Below, piece by piece: positions 12,720 through 25,566 of a stretch of 64,000 nucleotides of DNA; position 1 is the stretch's first letter, and each line of letters opens with the position of its first letter. Source of the stretch: Eledone cirrhosa (lineage: Eukaryota); assembly GCA_964016885.1 (NCBI GenBank), contig OZ024740.1:391468001-391532000 (forward strand), written 5' to 3'. The notes below the pieces were generated by a model. That model was given only the letters and a program-made list of their open reading frames with translations, ran no database searches and was not told the DNA's origin. A program made the translations under genes and the position numbers.

Positions 12720-13957
12720 AAATCTTTCATAATATCAGTAACATTGTTTCTTTAGTAAGTGAATTGACGTCAACTGAGAACCAGCCTGCCCTATGAATCC
12801 TAATCGAAGAGGGCTTAGATTTTGTGTGTGCATGTGGTCGTTAACTTAATATGTGTATTAAGTCATTTATTTGATAGAATTGGTATTTACATTAATACTC
12901 ATTCTAATTCTAAGTATAATCTAGTACTTTAATCAATGAAAATTAAACATAAAATGTGTAATAACAACCATTACTTAACGTCAGATAAACTAACTAAAAT
13001 CTCCTTTAAAGTGTTATTCTAAAGTAGGAATTCAAACGTTATGCAATACCGTTTGTTAGATGAGAAAGTAAAACATTACACGGCTAAGGTTACTGGGGTG
13101 TGTCAGTAACTTGAAACTGCAATCAAAGTTCAAAGAAATCGATGTTTAATAAGTTGGTTTTTAAAGCTGCATTGCACTGTTGAAAGTGCCTAATTAGATA
13201 TAGTTTTGGTAGTAGTGGCTGATTCATTAAATGTAAAAAAATATGTACAGTAACCCAACAACAAAACATTAATCGATGACTCTAATACTGTATTCACACT
13301 TTATATCTCACACGACATCAGAATTAAATTATAGCCAAACTACTCACACGACAAAAAAAAAGAACGAATGATTAAAGGTTTTTAAACAGAAAATACCTAC
13401 TGGAATGCAAGATATTGGTCGATATCAATGATATACGAATAGTATTTCGAATCAATGATTTGATGTTAAAGAATAAATGGAAGGAATATATTAATTAGCT
13501 AATGGATGTTTCTAGATCAAAGAACTGATGAATAGTATATGGAAGTGTTAATAGGTATAAATGTGTTTGTGTGTGTGTTGGCTGGGTGGGTTTGGATGAA
13601 TGTAAAGAAGGATAGAAAAAAAACAGAAAATATTTATAGGGAATATATATGTGTACATGTGTATGTGAATATATGTGTTGTTTATGTGTGCGTCTGTGTG
13701 CATGTGCGTCCGTGTGTATGGCTATGTAAACATAATTGATGTGTTTCTGAGACACGCGTCCTATATCCAGTTTGTGAAAGCTTCTAGGAAACCATCCGAT
13801 TACGGATATTGAATTTATTTATATCGTCAGATATGATCCCCTGCAATACACAACAGATAAACTCACCTCCTCTACCACTTTCCCCTTGCTTTCACGGTGT
13901 GGGCACACACGTACATGCTAACACACACATACACACGGTTATATATATATATATATA

Positions 13958-14257
13958 TTAATTCTGGCAATATTACACAAATATGACCCTCCCCAAGTAT
14001 AACAATATATGTATATATATATTTAATACACTAACAGAGAAAGCTTTAAGCTATACTCTGACTGGCTTCCATCTCACTCAACAAACATTAGGATATACCT
14101 TAGTATAATCTCAATTTTACGTTTGGGGTGCTAACTATATGTATTTTGCGGATAGCCAGTTGTATTATTTTATATGAGACATAATTCAAATATATATATA
14201 TATATATATATATATTAATTCTGGCAATATTACACAAATATGACCCTCCCCAAGTAT

Positions 14258-14263
<6 letters not shown>
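13958..14263. repeat. Direct duplication of an approximately 50-bp unit (period 257), each copy flanked by (TA)n
   Basis: TTAATTCTGGCAATATTACACAAATATGACCCTCCCCAAGTATAACAAT at 13958-14006 and 14215-14263. Confidence 0.9.
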
Positions 14264-14323
<60 letters not shown>

Positions 14324-14452
14324 TTAAGGATACTATTTATGGTTATGTATATACTAAAACTTTTTATAGTTATATATTTTAAATCCTAAACAGTGAAAGA
14401 CAGTAATTTATTACTACCTTATTACCAGTATATATATATATATGTGTGTATA

Positions 14453-14551
<99 letters not shown>

Positions 14552-15039
14552 AGTAGAATAACGGAGTAAAGGACTACGTACATGCGCGCACGCACACACA
14601 CATACACTCACACTCACACACACACACACTCTCACACACACACATACATACACACTCACACACACACACATATATGTATTCGTGAGTGAATAGTAATATT
14701 GTAATAATATTCGGTTCGTTTGCAGGCAAACACGCTCATAACACCATGTGTTTTCTCGATGACTGACGTCATCCTTTTGTTTCAGCGGTAGCAGAGATAA
14801 AACAGTCGACAATTGTTTCGGAATTATTGACCCTTATCGAGACTATGTATCTCTCGTCGCTGCTACCCGAATACTTTTAGGCATCCGCTATGTTAGAGCG
14901 AAAACAAATTTTCTTTTTTTAAAATTTCGGCAAAGTCAGCCGTAAATTGCTGTATATGCAAATTAGACTAATCAGCCGATATATACCTTTGAGAATACTA
15001 TGTATTATCAGCAGTAACTGCAGAAACATTGATAGCAAA

Positions 15040-15860
15040 ACCAATAACTGCAGCAGTATCTCAAAGTCAACCTGGAATGAAGTGGCGCGGTAGTAGTGGT
15101 TTTAGGAAAAGGCTGGAGCTCCAAGTACGGACGATTTTCCTGGACCCAAACGGTAAGTTGGTGGTTCTGGACTTCAGCGATAGCAAAAGTGGTGCTTTTA
15201 GACTGGTGGCAGGATGGCCGGATTTCTTCAGACATCTGAATATCTCTCTAGGAATGTCTCACCCTTTACTGTTAGCGGGGGACTGTAACTCCATATTAGA
15301 TGCATGCTGGTACTGTGCGGGAGTAGCAGACAAGATTTTCGAATTCGCAAGTATGAACCTGGATCAATCACATAGAGACATTTAGATTGTATATAGATAC
15401 ATTTTTATTTAGGTTAGCAGATAGAGATAGCATAAGGTGTCCACAATTCCAAACGGTCGCCTATTCGGACCACAAGTTTATGATCTGCACGGTTGACCTA
15501 GATAGAATTCGTCCACAGTGACACGGTTACTGGAAGCTTGACGTGCCATTCCCGGCGCGTAAAATATACAAGGACCGGATTAGCACTTTAATTAATGAAA
15601 GTTGACAAGGTCAATCGTCAACAAGAAGCAGAGGGGGGGGGGGTGTGCTCTCAAATGATCAATTAGAGTATAATCGGTAGCATTTAGTAAAGAAGTAGCG
15701 ATAGAAAAAAATAGGAGGGTACATTATTAGCTGAATCAGAAGAGGTGATTAGTAGTGACATTGCAACCGATGTGCTAGTTGTGAGAATGGCACTACCATT
15801 TCTTCAATGTCTTTGATTTGTCCCCTATATGTCAGCCCTTGTGGCCAATAGATGACGCAA
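15040..15860 (+). mobile_element. Tx1/L1-type LINE remnant: APE endonuclease region joined to the 3' terminus
   Basis: ORF 15029-15385 (IFLDPNGKLVVLD..AFRLVA..PDFFRHL) is collinear with 37950-38150. ATGTCAGCCCTTGTGGCCAATA at about 15829-15850 matches the terminus at about 41350-41371. Confidence 0.75.
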
Positions 15861-15906
15861 TTATTAATATTATAATAATTATTATTATTATCATTATTAT
15901 AATTAA

Positions 15907-16115
15907 GGGCGGTGGATTGGCAGTATCGGTAGAAGGTCGGACGCCATGCTTTGCAGCATAGAGTTACGGTCCTTTATGATCTGAGTTCAAATCCTGCCGA
16001 GGTTAACTTTGCCTTTCATCCTTACGGGGTCGATAAAATAAAGTACCAGTAATGTAATCGACTGTCCCTCTCCCTACAAATTACTGGCCTTGTGCCTATA
16101 CTAGAAATTATTATT
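15907..16115 (+). mobile_element. Nin-domain tRNA-derived SINE, full length, long subfamily
   Basis: A-box TGGCAGTATCGG, B-box GAGTTCAAATC, GCCTTTCATCCTTACGGGGTCGATAAA core and (ATT)n tail. Confidence 0.9.
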
Positions 16116-16153
16116 CGTAGTATTATTATTAGTAGTAAAAGACGAAAGATTTA

Positions 16154-16368
16154 TTAGCAGTATCGGTAAAGCATCGGACACCATGCTTTGCAGCAGAGAG
16201 TTACGGCCCTTTACGTTATGAGTTCAAATCCCGCCGAGGTTAGCTTTGCCTTTCATCCTTACTGGGTCGATAAATAAAGCATCAATAATGTACTGGGGTG
16301 GATTTAATCGATTTCCTACTCCCCTTGAAATTGCTGGCATTGTGCATAAAGTAGAAACAAATATTATT
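16154..16368 (+). mobile_element. Nin-domain SINE, near full length, long subfamily (tandem with the previous copy)
   Basis: Same boxes and core, and carries the GATTTAATCGA..CCCCTTGAAATT segment. Confidence 0.88.
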
Positions 16369-17846
16369 CATAGTATCAGTATCTATTTTATTGGAATTGC
16401 TCTTAACTATGATAGATTATCAGATGTGTGGACAGTTTATACCCGTGAGAGATGCAGTTATTTCTAATAAACTGCAAGATTAAATAGTACCAATAGTTTT
16501 TGATTTATTTTATTTCATTTGATTTCAGCAAAGTTTAATTTACATGTATTTTTATATCATTTATCATTTAGAACAGTAATAGAATCGATTTTAGTTATAT
16601 AACATATTTTTTTTTATTATTATTTAAGTTTAGTTATAAATGCAGTAATAGTGTTATGTAATATGTTCAGGCTATTTAACTTATATTTAGAATTCCAGAT
16701 TGATATATCGGTTTTGGGGAAAGATATATTTTTAATTTTTGTGCTGATGTGTTTTTATTGTTATTATAAGATGATTTCAATATATGGTACCTCATAGTCA
16801 GGTCAACAACAAAATGCTGAATAGGAATAGAAATATTATCCTTCAATTTCTCAATAACTACTCCAGTGGTGAAAATTTTCTTCAAATTAATTAGGAATCA
16901 TATATTTCCACAAATTAGATACTCTATACTAAATATAACAAAAATAGAACAAAACTTACTCTACTACTCTAAACTTCCCACAAACCTTAGCTTTTTCCAA
17001 ATTTTCGAAGCTGAACCAAGTTAAATCGTATGTACCTAATAACAACTCCACAACCTGAGCACATATATTCTTCTACCCCAAGGAACCAGCCTTCATAAAG
17101 AGTCTGGGAGAAATATTTCATGCATACATAATATATTAAAATTATGCAACCACTATTACATCCAGATCTAAACCAAGTATAGATCCTACTGTTTCAAACA
17201 TATATTCGGTCCCGAAGCTCAGCAAATACGACGAAATATGGAGGCCTCCTTGAGTACTTCTATGCTTAAAAGTATATGCATGTGTGTGCATGTGTATGCG
17301 TATGTAGGGGTATAAATATATGTGCTTCTGTGTTGGGTGTATGTATATGTAAAGATATTAGCCGCCTCGACCGTGACAAAATGAAGAAAAATATATACAC
17401 CCTTTAAAATAATTATCAATTAATAATAAATTAAGAATTGCAAATGTAGATGTACCAGCAAAATTAGATACCAGACATTATAATCATTATCATTAATCTA
17501 ACGAAAATCTACATTATGTATATAGAATGTCTAACAATCCAAGATGGATAGAGGGGTTTAAAATAGAATTTTTAAACTTTCAGCAAATTAAGAAATATTT
17601 AACCAGAATGCTGAGTATTATCATGAGATATTTGCTAGGTCAAATGGTCGTCTTTTTTTTGCGTTGATGGGGATAAATGTAGTACTGTTGGTTTTGGCTG
17701 TGGCCCCAATTTTTAAGATGTTCACTGGTCAGAGAATGTTGCCGGTGTCAAAATATCTTATTTTTACGGTTGTTAAGAGACACGGCCATGTTTTTTGATG
17801 TCACAAACTGACATGCTCACAGCTCTTCTAACGATCAACATAATCA

Positions 17847-17925
17847 CAAGGATATGGTCCGAACGTGGAAGAGCCGAACTCCCACTGCCATCGCCTCCAT
17901 CTCTCTCGCCTTCCCCATCTCTCTG
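17847..17925 (-). mobile_element. 80-bp 3'-terminal fragment of the CRE-like LINE
   Basis: CAAGGATATGGTCCGAACGTGGAAGAGCCGA..CCCATCTCTCTG is nearly identical to 9121-9199. Confidence 0.8.
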
Positions 17926-18544
17926 CTAGGTTAGGCTATAATGACGAAATAACATATTTCTAAGACAGTCAAGGACCCATAACTGTAATATATTTATAGT
18001 ATGTAAGCGATTCTTCTAAATTTTACAAATATGGTTTATGATCCTACATTGATAAAATAATTCTTCTGATTTTAGGAAATTATCATATCTATCTAAATTC
18101 TCAATAATCAATTCTCTATAGATAAACAAGTTTCAAATCTTAATCCCTTTATTCTTGGTAAAAGAAATATTCAATACAACATTTTCACTGCAAGAATTCA
18201 CTCATTTTTACACGAGTAATAATTATGAAATAAATTTAACTTTAGAATTTTATACTTTCATTTATTAATTTTCTTATTACTTATATTTATTTTAAATAAT
18301 ATTTTGCTAAGACTAATTTTTTATCATTTAAAAAATATTTATCTCCAATATTCAGACCTGTCAACTCTCCCCGCCCAATAGGAGTGGGTGAGAGATGTCT
18401 TCTCTTGTGAAAATTGGTATAGCTTTCATTATGTAAAATCTCCTCATTTTGCCTCATTTATCCCCGCTGTGGGACATTTTTTTCATGGTTCTCCTCGTTT
18501 GAGCTTTTAGACGTTGGCAGGTCTGGATATTCCTGTCATTTTTA

Positions 18545-18642
18545 ATTTTACTTTGCCTTCATCCTTACGGAGTCGATAAAATAAAGTACCAGTATTGCAT
18601 TAGGGTAATTGCTGGCCTTGTGCCAAAAGTAGAAACAATTAT
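18545..18642 (+). mobile_element. Nin-domain SINE, truncated, short subfamily
   Basis: CTTTGCCTTCATCCTTACGGAGTCGATAAAATAAAGTACCAGT..GTAGAAACAATTATT. Confidence 0.85.
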
Positions 18643-18883
18643 TAATAGTTTTTCATTAACGAAAAGTTTAACTTTTAATGCATTGGTCTTGTTTATACCT
18701 GATAATAATTCTACTACCAGTATGACACATATATACGTGACAATTAGTTACAAAATAATTATTAGCCTTTTAATTTATACCTTCGATATGCATAGTGGGA
18801 GAGATAGAAAACATGCATGATTGAAAAGCGTAAATGTGGTAGGGTAAATAAATATATACATATATATTAGGTCTGAAAATAAT

Positions 18884-19068
18884 TGTTTCTACTTTAGGCA
18901 CAAGGCCAGCAATTACTCAGTACATTACTGGTACTTTATTTTATCGACCCCGTAAGGATGAAAGGCAAAGTCAACCTCGGCGGGATTTGAACTCAGATTT
19001 TAAAGGGACGTAACTATGCTGGAAAGCATGGCGTCCGACCCTCTACTGATACTGCCAATCCACCGCCC
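18884..19068 (-). mobile_element. Nin-domain SINE, full length, with 17-bp TSD
   Basis: TSD TTAGGTCTGAAAATAAT at 18867-18883 and 19069-19085. A and B boxes are present. Confidence 0.95.
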
Positions 19069-19350
19069 TTAGGTCTGAAAATAATGGAATCAAATTCCCA
19101 TTGTCACTGCATCCGTCTCTTTTGGTTGTTTTGATCTAGTAGTTTTGAACGCATTTATATTGCACCTGTGCAATTGTTCTGACATGAGTAATGATTTAAA
19201 ATACATTTTAGCCATAGTATCAACATTTTTTTGTCTTTATGATAAATATATTAACGCATAATAATAATTTGTTAGCAATAATGAATCATAATTTTCTCCG
19301 ATATTTCCATAATTTTAATAAATCTTTATTATTGCAGATTATATTATAAA

Positions 19351-20549
19351 CAGAACGGCTTCAGAGAGGGTAGATCAACCACCAGTCACATCCTGATGCT
19401 GAGGAGGATATTAGAGGGAGCTAGAGCAAAGTGCCTTCCTGCGGTCATGGTTTTCATTGACTTTAGGAAGGCCTTTGATTCTGTGGACCGTTACTGCCTG
19501 ATGAAGATCTTACAGGCTTATGGAATCCCCAAGAGGATAGTGGACCTGATATCACTGCTCTACACCAACACCAAAGCCCAAGTCATTACACCTGATGGGA
19601 TGACAGAGTTCTTTGAGATACTGGCTGGAGTGCTCCAGGGAGATACATTGGCTCCCTACCTTTTTATCATCGTAGTGGACTATTGTATGCGCCTTGCACT
19701 GGAGAAACACCAGGACTCTGGCTTTACTGTGGCACCGGCTCAGAGCAGGAGAGTTGGGGCGAAAAAGGTATCGGGTGCTGAATTTGCCGACGACATAGTT
19801 TTGGTGACAAATACAGTGAAGGAGGCAGAGGATTTGATGCGGGAGGTTGAGACTGTGTCGATGAGTGTGGGGCTGAGAATGAATGAGACTAAAACAAAAT
19901 ATCTGGTAGAGAATGTTGAGAAGCCAGAGGGGATCACTAATGTAGGCGGGAAGCCGCTGGAATTGGTTGAGGACTTCCTGTATTTGGGAGCAAAGATTGG
20001 GAATACGGAAGATGATGTGGTTGAGAGGAAGAGCAAAGCCTGGGCGGCGTGTCACAGCTTGAGATCGGTGTGGAAGTCGGACCTTCGTAGAGACCTGAAA
20101 ATCCGCCTCTTCATTGCTGTAGTGGAGTCTGTGCTGCTGTATGGGTCTGAGACTTGGACACTGACCAAGAGACTCACTCAGATGGTGGATGGGTGCTACA
20201 CGAGAATGCTGAGGATGGCTCTGAACATTAATCAGTATACACTGAGGATGAAAAACTCAGAGCTGTATGGGAGCATCCCAAAAGTCAGCTCAAAAGTGAC
20301 ACAGAGGAGACTGAGGTTGGCTGGACATGCTCACCGACATCCAGAGTTGACATTGCACTCAGTGCTCCTTTGGGAGCCCCTACATGGACACACTGGAAGA
20401 GGAAGACCAAGGTTAACATATGTTGATGCCCTAAGGACAGACACTGGTCTGTTGGAGATGCAGGATATGGCAGCGATAATGAGGGACAGAGACCGCTGGA
20501 GAGAACTCGTCCATGGATCTCGGGAATTTTACCCGCCTTAGATAGATAG
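19351..20549 (+). mobile_element. Young 5'-truncated RTE-group LINE with an uninterrupted reverse transcriptase C-terminal ORF
   Basis: Open frame from QNGFREGRSTTSHIL through FIDFRKAFDS, GVLQGDTLAPYLF, FADDI, FLYLG and LLYGSETW to the stop at 20541. (TAGA)n tail. 10-bp TSD ATTATAAACA at 19343-19352 and 20550-20559. Confidence 0.93.
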
Positions 20550-20801
20550 ATTATAAACATAATAAATTTATACTTTCTAAGTATTAGCAATGTTCTTCTA
20601 TATTCGTTTTGTAATCCTTAATTTAATAACTGATATCACACCTAAATAGTTCCTTTTTTTATTTATATTTTAGTCTATTAAGAATATTACTGATAGAAGA
20701 TTCCATCATAGCTCCTCCTATTAATTAGTTTTCTTTTTTCGTTTCCTGTTTCTGCCATGTTGATTTACAAAATACAGCTTCTTTATTAAAGGTTTAATAA
20801 T

Positions 20802-20932
20802 TGTTTCTACTTTAGGCACAAGGCCAGCAATTACCCAGTACATTACTGGTACTTTATTTTATCGACCCCGTAAGGATGAAAGGCAAAGTTAACCTCGGCG
20901 GGATTTGAACTCAGACCATAAAGGGACGTAAC
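20802..20932 (-). mobile_element. Nin-domain SINE, 5'-truncated, with 15-bp TSD
   Basis: TSD TAAAGGTTTAATAAT at 20787-20801 and 20933-20947. Confidence 0.92.
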
Positions 20933-21187
20933 TAAAGGTTTAATAATACCAGTATATTGTTAATCGCGTAACCTAATACAATTGTTATTACAATGGCATT
21001 GTTTCCTATAATGATAATCATTCACACAATAATTATTAAAGACTTGAGTCACAGATTAGATAACAAAATGTAACAATATGAATTTTTAAATATTACTTAT
21101 TGGATCTTCAACAAATTCTTTGTTATTTTTCTGTTTGCTGAAGCATATGTCAGAGATAGAGAATAATACCAAACTTGCTATTTGTTG

Positions 21188-21248
<61 letters not shown>

Positions 21249-21304
21249 GTGTGTATATATTTGTGTGTGTATGTGTATGAGTGTCTGTGTATGTTTGTAT
21301 GTAT

Positions 21305-21340
<36 letters not shown>

Positions 21341-22129
21341 GTATATGTATATATATGTATATATATATATGATGATTGACTTTCCCATCCTATTTTGATG
21401 TATGAGGGTTCAACTGTCTTCCCAGATCATTTATGAAGGTTATGTCTTAAATAGCACTTCAGTCTAGATGCTGATTTACACATCAAGCCGCATTTAGTGC
21501 AGATGACAGGGTTTTGAGTGAAACAGGCTGGGAGATTTGATTGAATCTTGGTGTTAGACCTTAGATCACGACGATGGACCAGACGAGAATTTTAGTTCCT
21601 GGCAGGCAGGTCTCCATTTTCCACAACCAGCAGCTAGGCTTCACAAGAAGTAAGAAATATGTTCACAGATTTAAGATTTTACTTTAGCTTGTATTTATAT
21701 CTGACTAATGTTTTGCCTACATTACCAGCACCATTATGAATTTGACTGTATTGCAGTACCTTGGGTGTACATGTTTTCTCTCTCACGTCACATCAGCAAA
21801 TATAGCTCTGTGGGCTATCCTAAAATGAATGGTTCTTCCTCTACCACATGAAGCCGTTCGGATAGCTAGAAGCTGATGAGGTAACGATGCATTTTCTATT
21901 TCTATATTTGCCCGCTTTTCTCTCTCTTTCCTCCCTCTTCTCTCACTGTCGCTCTCTGCTGTTTCTAGAAGGTTTTGAGTATATGGGCTGTCACTGACCA
22001 CTTTTCCGCCCCCAGGGTATTTTATCCGAATTTCTATGCTATGATTATTTATAGCCACCGGCTGTTTTACAGTTATTTCTGCTTCTATCGACCCCTATTC
22101 TTCACATCGATTATTTGATACATACATAA

Positions 22130-22176
<47 letters not shown>

Positions 22177-22183
<7 letters not shown>

Positions 22184-23002
22184 ACTAGAAATTGATTAAC
22201 ATATAAATAAACATGAATAATCACAGGAGATAATTTTTACAAGTGTGCAACCACACATAGCTAGGTAGGTAACTAAATAAGGTTGACCAGAACTTCAAAA
22301 ATAGATACCTTATAATATGATTAATCTTCTCTGTATATAATCCATTAAAGAAATATATTTCACCAATTAATCGAATGGTAAACCACGGAAGCGGATACTT
22401 GGATTTTCAACAAGGAAGAAGTTCCAGCAATCAGTGTTTACACTTCAAGTTCAAATCAGCGACTGGCCAGCAACACGTGCTATATTTACTAGAAATACAC
22501 ACATCATACTTGCTTCGTCCCAGTGGCGTGAATAGGGTTATCGACAACTATAAACAGCAGTCGAGTCCTTTCAACAGAGTTAGCTCTACAATTAAGGAGC
22601 CGTATTTATACATCTATATCCAAAATTAAGATAAATCAAATGAATTTAATCTAAATCAAAATTATGGGAGTCATGCCAGAAAGACATGCGCCATATCACC
22701 CGCAAAATAAGCTCTAAGATTCTAACGAGTAGGTCCGAGCATTTTATAATAACTAGAAATTGATTAACATATAAATAAACATGAATAATCACCGGAGATA
22801 ATTTTTACAAGTGTGTAACCACACATAGCTAGGTAGGTAACTAAATAAAGTTGACCAGAACTTCAAAAATAGATACCTTATAATATGATTAATCTTCCCT
22901 GTATATATTCCATTAAAGAAATATATTTCACCAATTAATCGAATGGTAAACCACGGAAGCGGATACTTGGATTTTCAACAGATTAAATTCATTTGATTTA
23001 TC

Positions 23003-23004
<2 letters not shown>
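22177..23004. mobile_element. TA-embedded partial tandem (568-bp monomer, 1.4 copies) with a terminal 25-bp inversion
   Basis: 22177-22412 is repeated at 22745-22980. 22980-23004 is the reverse complement of 22628-22652. (TA)n lies on both sides. Confidence 0.8.
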
Positions 23005-23062
<58 letters not shown>

Positions 23063-23844
23063 TATATGCATACATACATAGCTGCATATATATATACATG
23101 CATACATACATAGCTGCATATATATATACATGCAGTAATATGTAAATATTCCTGGTTTTAGAGATTTCAATAGAAAATAAGTCTTTTCAACTTTGGTATG
23201 CAATCAGAATTAATAGAAACCCGAAAATTAACAAAAATCTTTCATGTATGTTTTTATTTCTATTTGATGTCAACTAGTTTCTTGAAGTTTGTTAGAGACG
23301 CACCTTTTCTTTTGCTTACGTTCATTCATCTTTATTTAGAATATTATTATAATATCGATTTCCATCTTAGACGCAATGCCATAACATTTATTATTGAGAA
23401 AATACGTTGGCTGATGTATTTACTTTCTTCGGGATTATGGACACAAAATGAGTGAATGCTTACAGCCTCGAATTGAAATTAACAGTTTGAGTTGACTAAA
23501 CGAGAGCTCACGTAATTAATCCATGGAAATCTGAAGGTTTTCAGAATATAGATTACTTTTACTCTGAATAGGAAAATGTTCCTTCTTTGCTTTTTAATAA
23601 ATACTAGAGAACCTGTATGGTATGTGAAAATGTAGACAGTATCCTATGGATTTAATTCTTAGTTTATTCATAAATAGTTTTGTTGTTGGATGTTCAACTA
23701 ACTCAAATTTATACTGATTGAAGTATATTTTCAGACCATTCAACTCTTTTCCGTTTGCCACAACTTTATTTAGGCTGCGGTTCCGCTCAATAGATTCAAA
23801 CACGCGACCTCTTAATAAGTAAGAGGTCTACTTAAATATTTAGT

Positions 23845-24588
23845 AGGGAACTCTTAAAAGCTGAATTAGTTAGATAAATAACTTGTTGTTAAACTCTATA
23901 TATACAAGGAAGATAATTCTAACAAGAAAAAGGGAGCAACTTGCGTGCAGTGAGATATCGCGCATAAGAAAGATTAAATCGAATTTTAGTCCGGCCTAGA
24001 CCATCTCTTCAGAAAGAACTTAGATACAAGTGGACAACGATTAAAGAAATCCAATCGTGTATTTAGGCAGCCTTTTAGGGGAAGACAGATGTGAAAGTAT
24101 ATCCCTCTTCTTGGTGATGCATAAATAGCAGGTTTTCGCTCCATTAATCTAGAGAGTGAATTGTTCCAGTATCCTCCTGACAAGACGCATACTACTAAGT
24201 TCGCAAATAACGTGTGGTAGCTCAAAGAAAACGGTACAGAGTTCTCCATAAAATGGAGGATACTTAAAAAATCCACACTCTATATTAACGTGGCAAAAAT
24301 CTGCTATTTGCGTATGTACAACCGACAAGTAGAATACACTTTCACATCTGTTTTCCCCTAGAAACTGACTAAAAACACGGTTGGATTTCTTCTGTCGTTC
24401 TCCACATGAATCTAAGTTCTTTCTCAAGACATGATCTAGGCCGGACTAAAATTCCATTTCAGCCTATGTTACGATACCATATCTCTCTCTACACAAGACA
24501 CACCCATTTCCTATTAGAATGATCTCCTTTGCATATACAGAGTTTAATAATAATGTATCTAATTATTTGAGTTTTTCTAGAGTTCCCT
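23845..24588. repeat. Long degenerate inverted repeat (about 330-bp arms, about 80-bp spacer), fold-back/MITE-like
   Basis: AGGGAACTCT..GAATTTTAGTCCGGCCTAGA..AGTATCCTCC is mirrored by GGAGGATACT..TCTAGGCCGGACTAAAATTC..AGAGTTCCCT. Confidence 0.85.
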
Positions 24589-25566
24589 TTCCTTAGCTTT
24601 AGAACTCTCCTACATGATCAACTATCTCCTTAGAAGTAATTCCATCACAATATGGCAGACTGAACGAGTTGGTGTTAAACCCAATGAAACTTAATAATCT
24701 GCGTGATGCCACTGTTGTAAATGATTATGCATTATATGTATATAACCTGCTCATATGGTATTCCTTAGATCGACCTTTTAATTTTAAAAATGTATCAGTA
24801 TAGAGAATATGATAGATATCCGAATTTACAGACTTATCAATAAGAAGTTTATGTTCGACACCGAATTCTTTATTAATGATAATAAAATAAAATATTTTCA
24901 TTTTATGGATAATGTCAATAATATAAGATTTTTAGTATATGAAGTACTAAAACGCAGATGTAATTTTTTATGGCGAATTTTCTATTTAAATAAACTATAC
25001 ATCGTGTCTAAATTCGTGATATATAATCTAACATATCTTTGCAATTATACACATTATTTTTATAGTTTTAGTTTATGAGCTTTCCGAATTAAGAGTAATA
25101 TTCAAACAACATTATCCATATTCAAGCATTAATATTAGCATTTTATGTGAGTGCTCACTTTTATAAATATCCACAATGAGAAGCCATTTTCGTTAGCATT
25201 GGGTAAGCAACCATTTATGCCATTTTAGAGTGTTCGCTTAAATTCATTATCGAGATGATTATGAAAATCTTAGAAACGTTATTGTTATTGTGCAGTGAAT
25301 AGGGTGCTTCTATAACCATTTAATGTATGTTTGCGAATATCAAAATGGCAAGAACAAAGTTAATGAGAGAAAATAAAAAGACATAATGCAGAGATCACAA
25401 AATAGGTTACAGATTTTCGTGTAAACAGCAAAAGGATAATAAAAATAACTCGCAATTACTTATACATTATAATATAATAGATAGACATGACGAGTCCGAT
25501 CCTTCAAGAAGAGATAAGTGAAGTTGTGCCACTTAAGATTTCTCCAGTTATGTATCATATATGGTA

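Noticed and set aside
21865-21900. CTGATGA-G(GTAA)C-G-ATGCAT hammerhead-like string
   Set aside because: The GAA box is missing and stem I is out of register.
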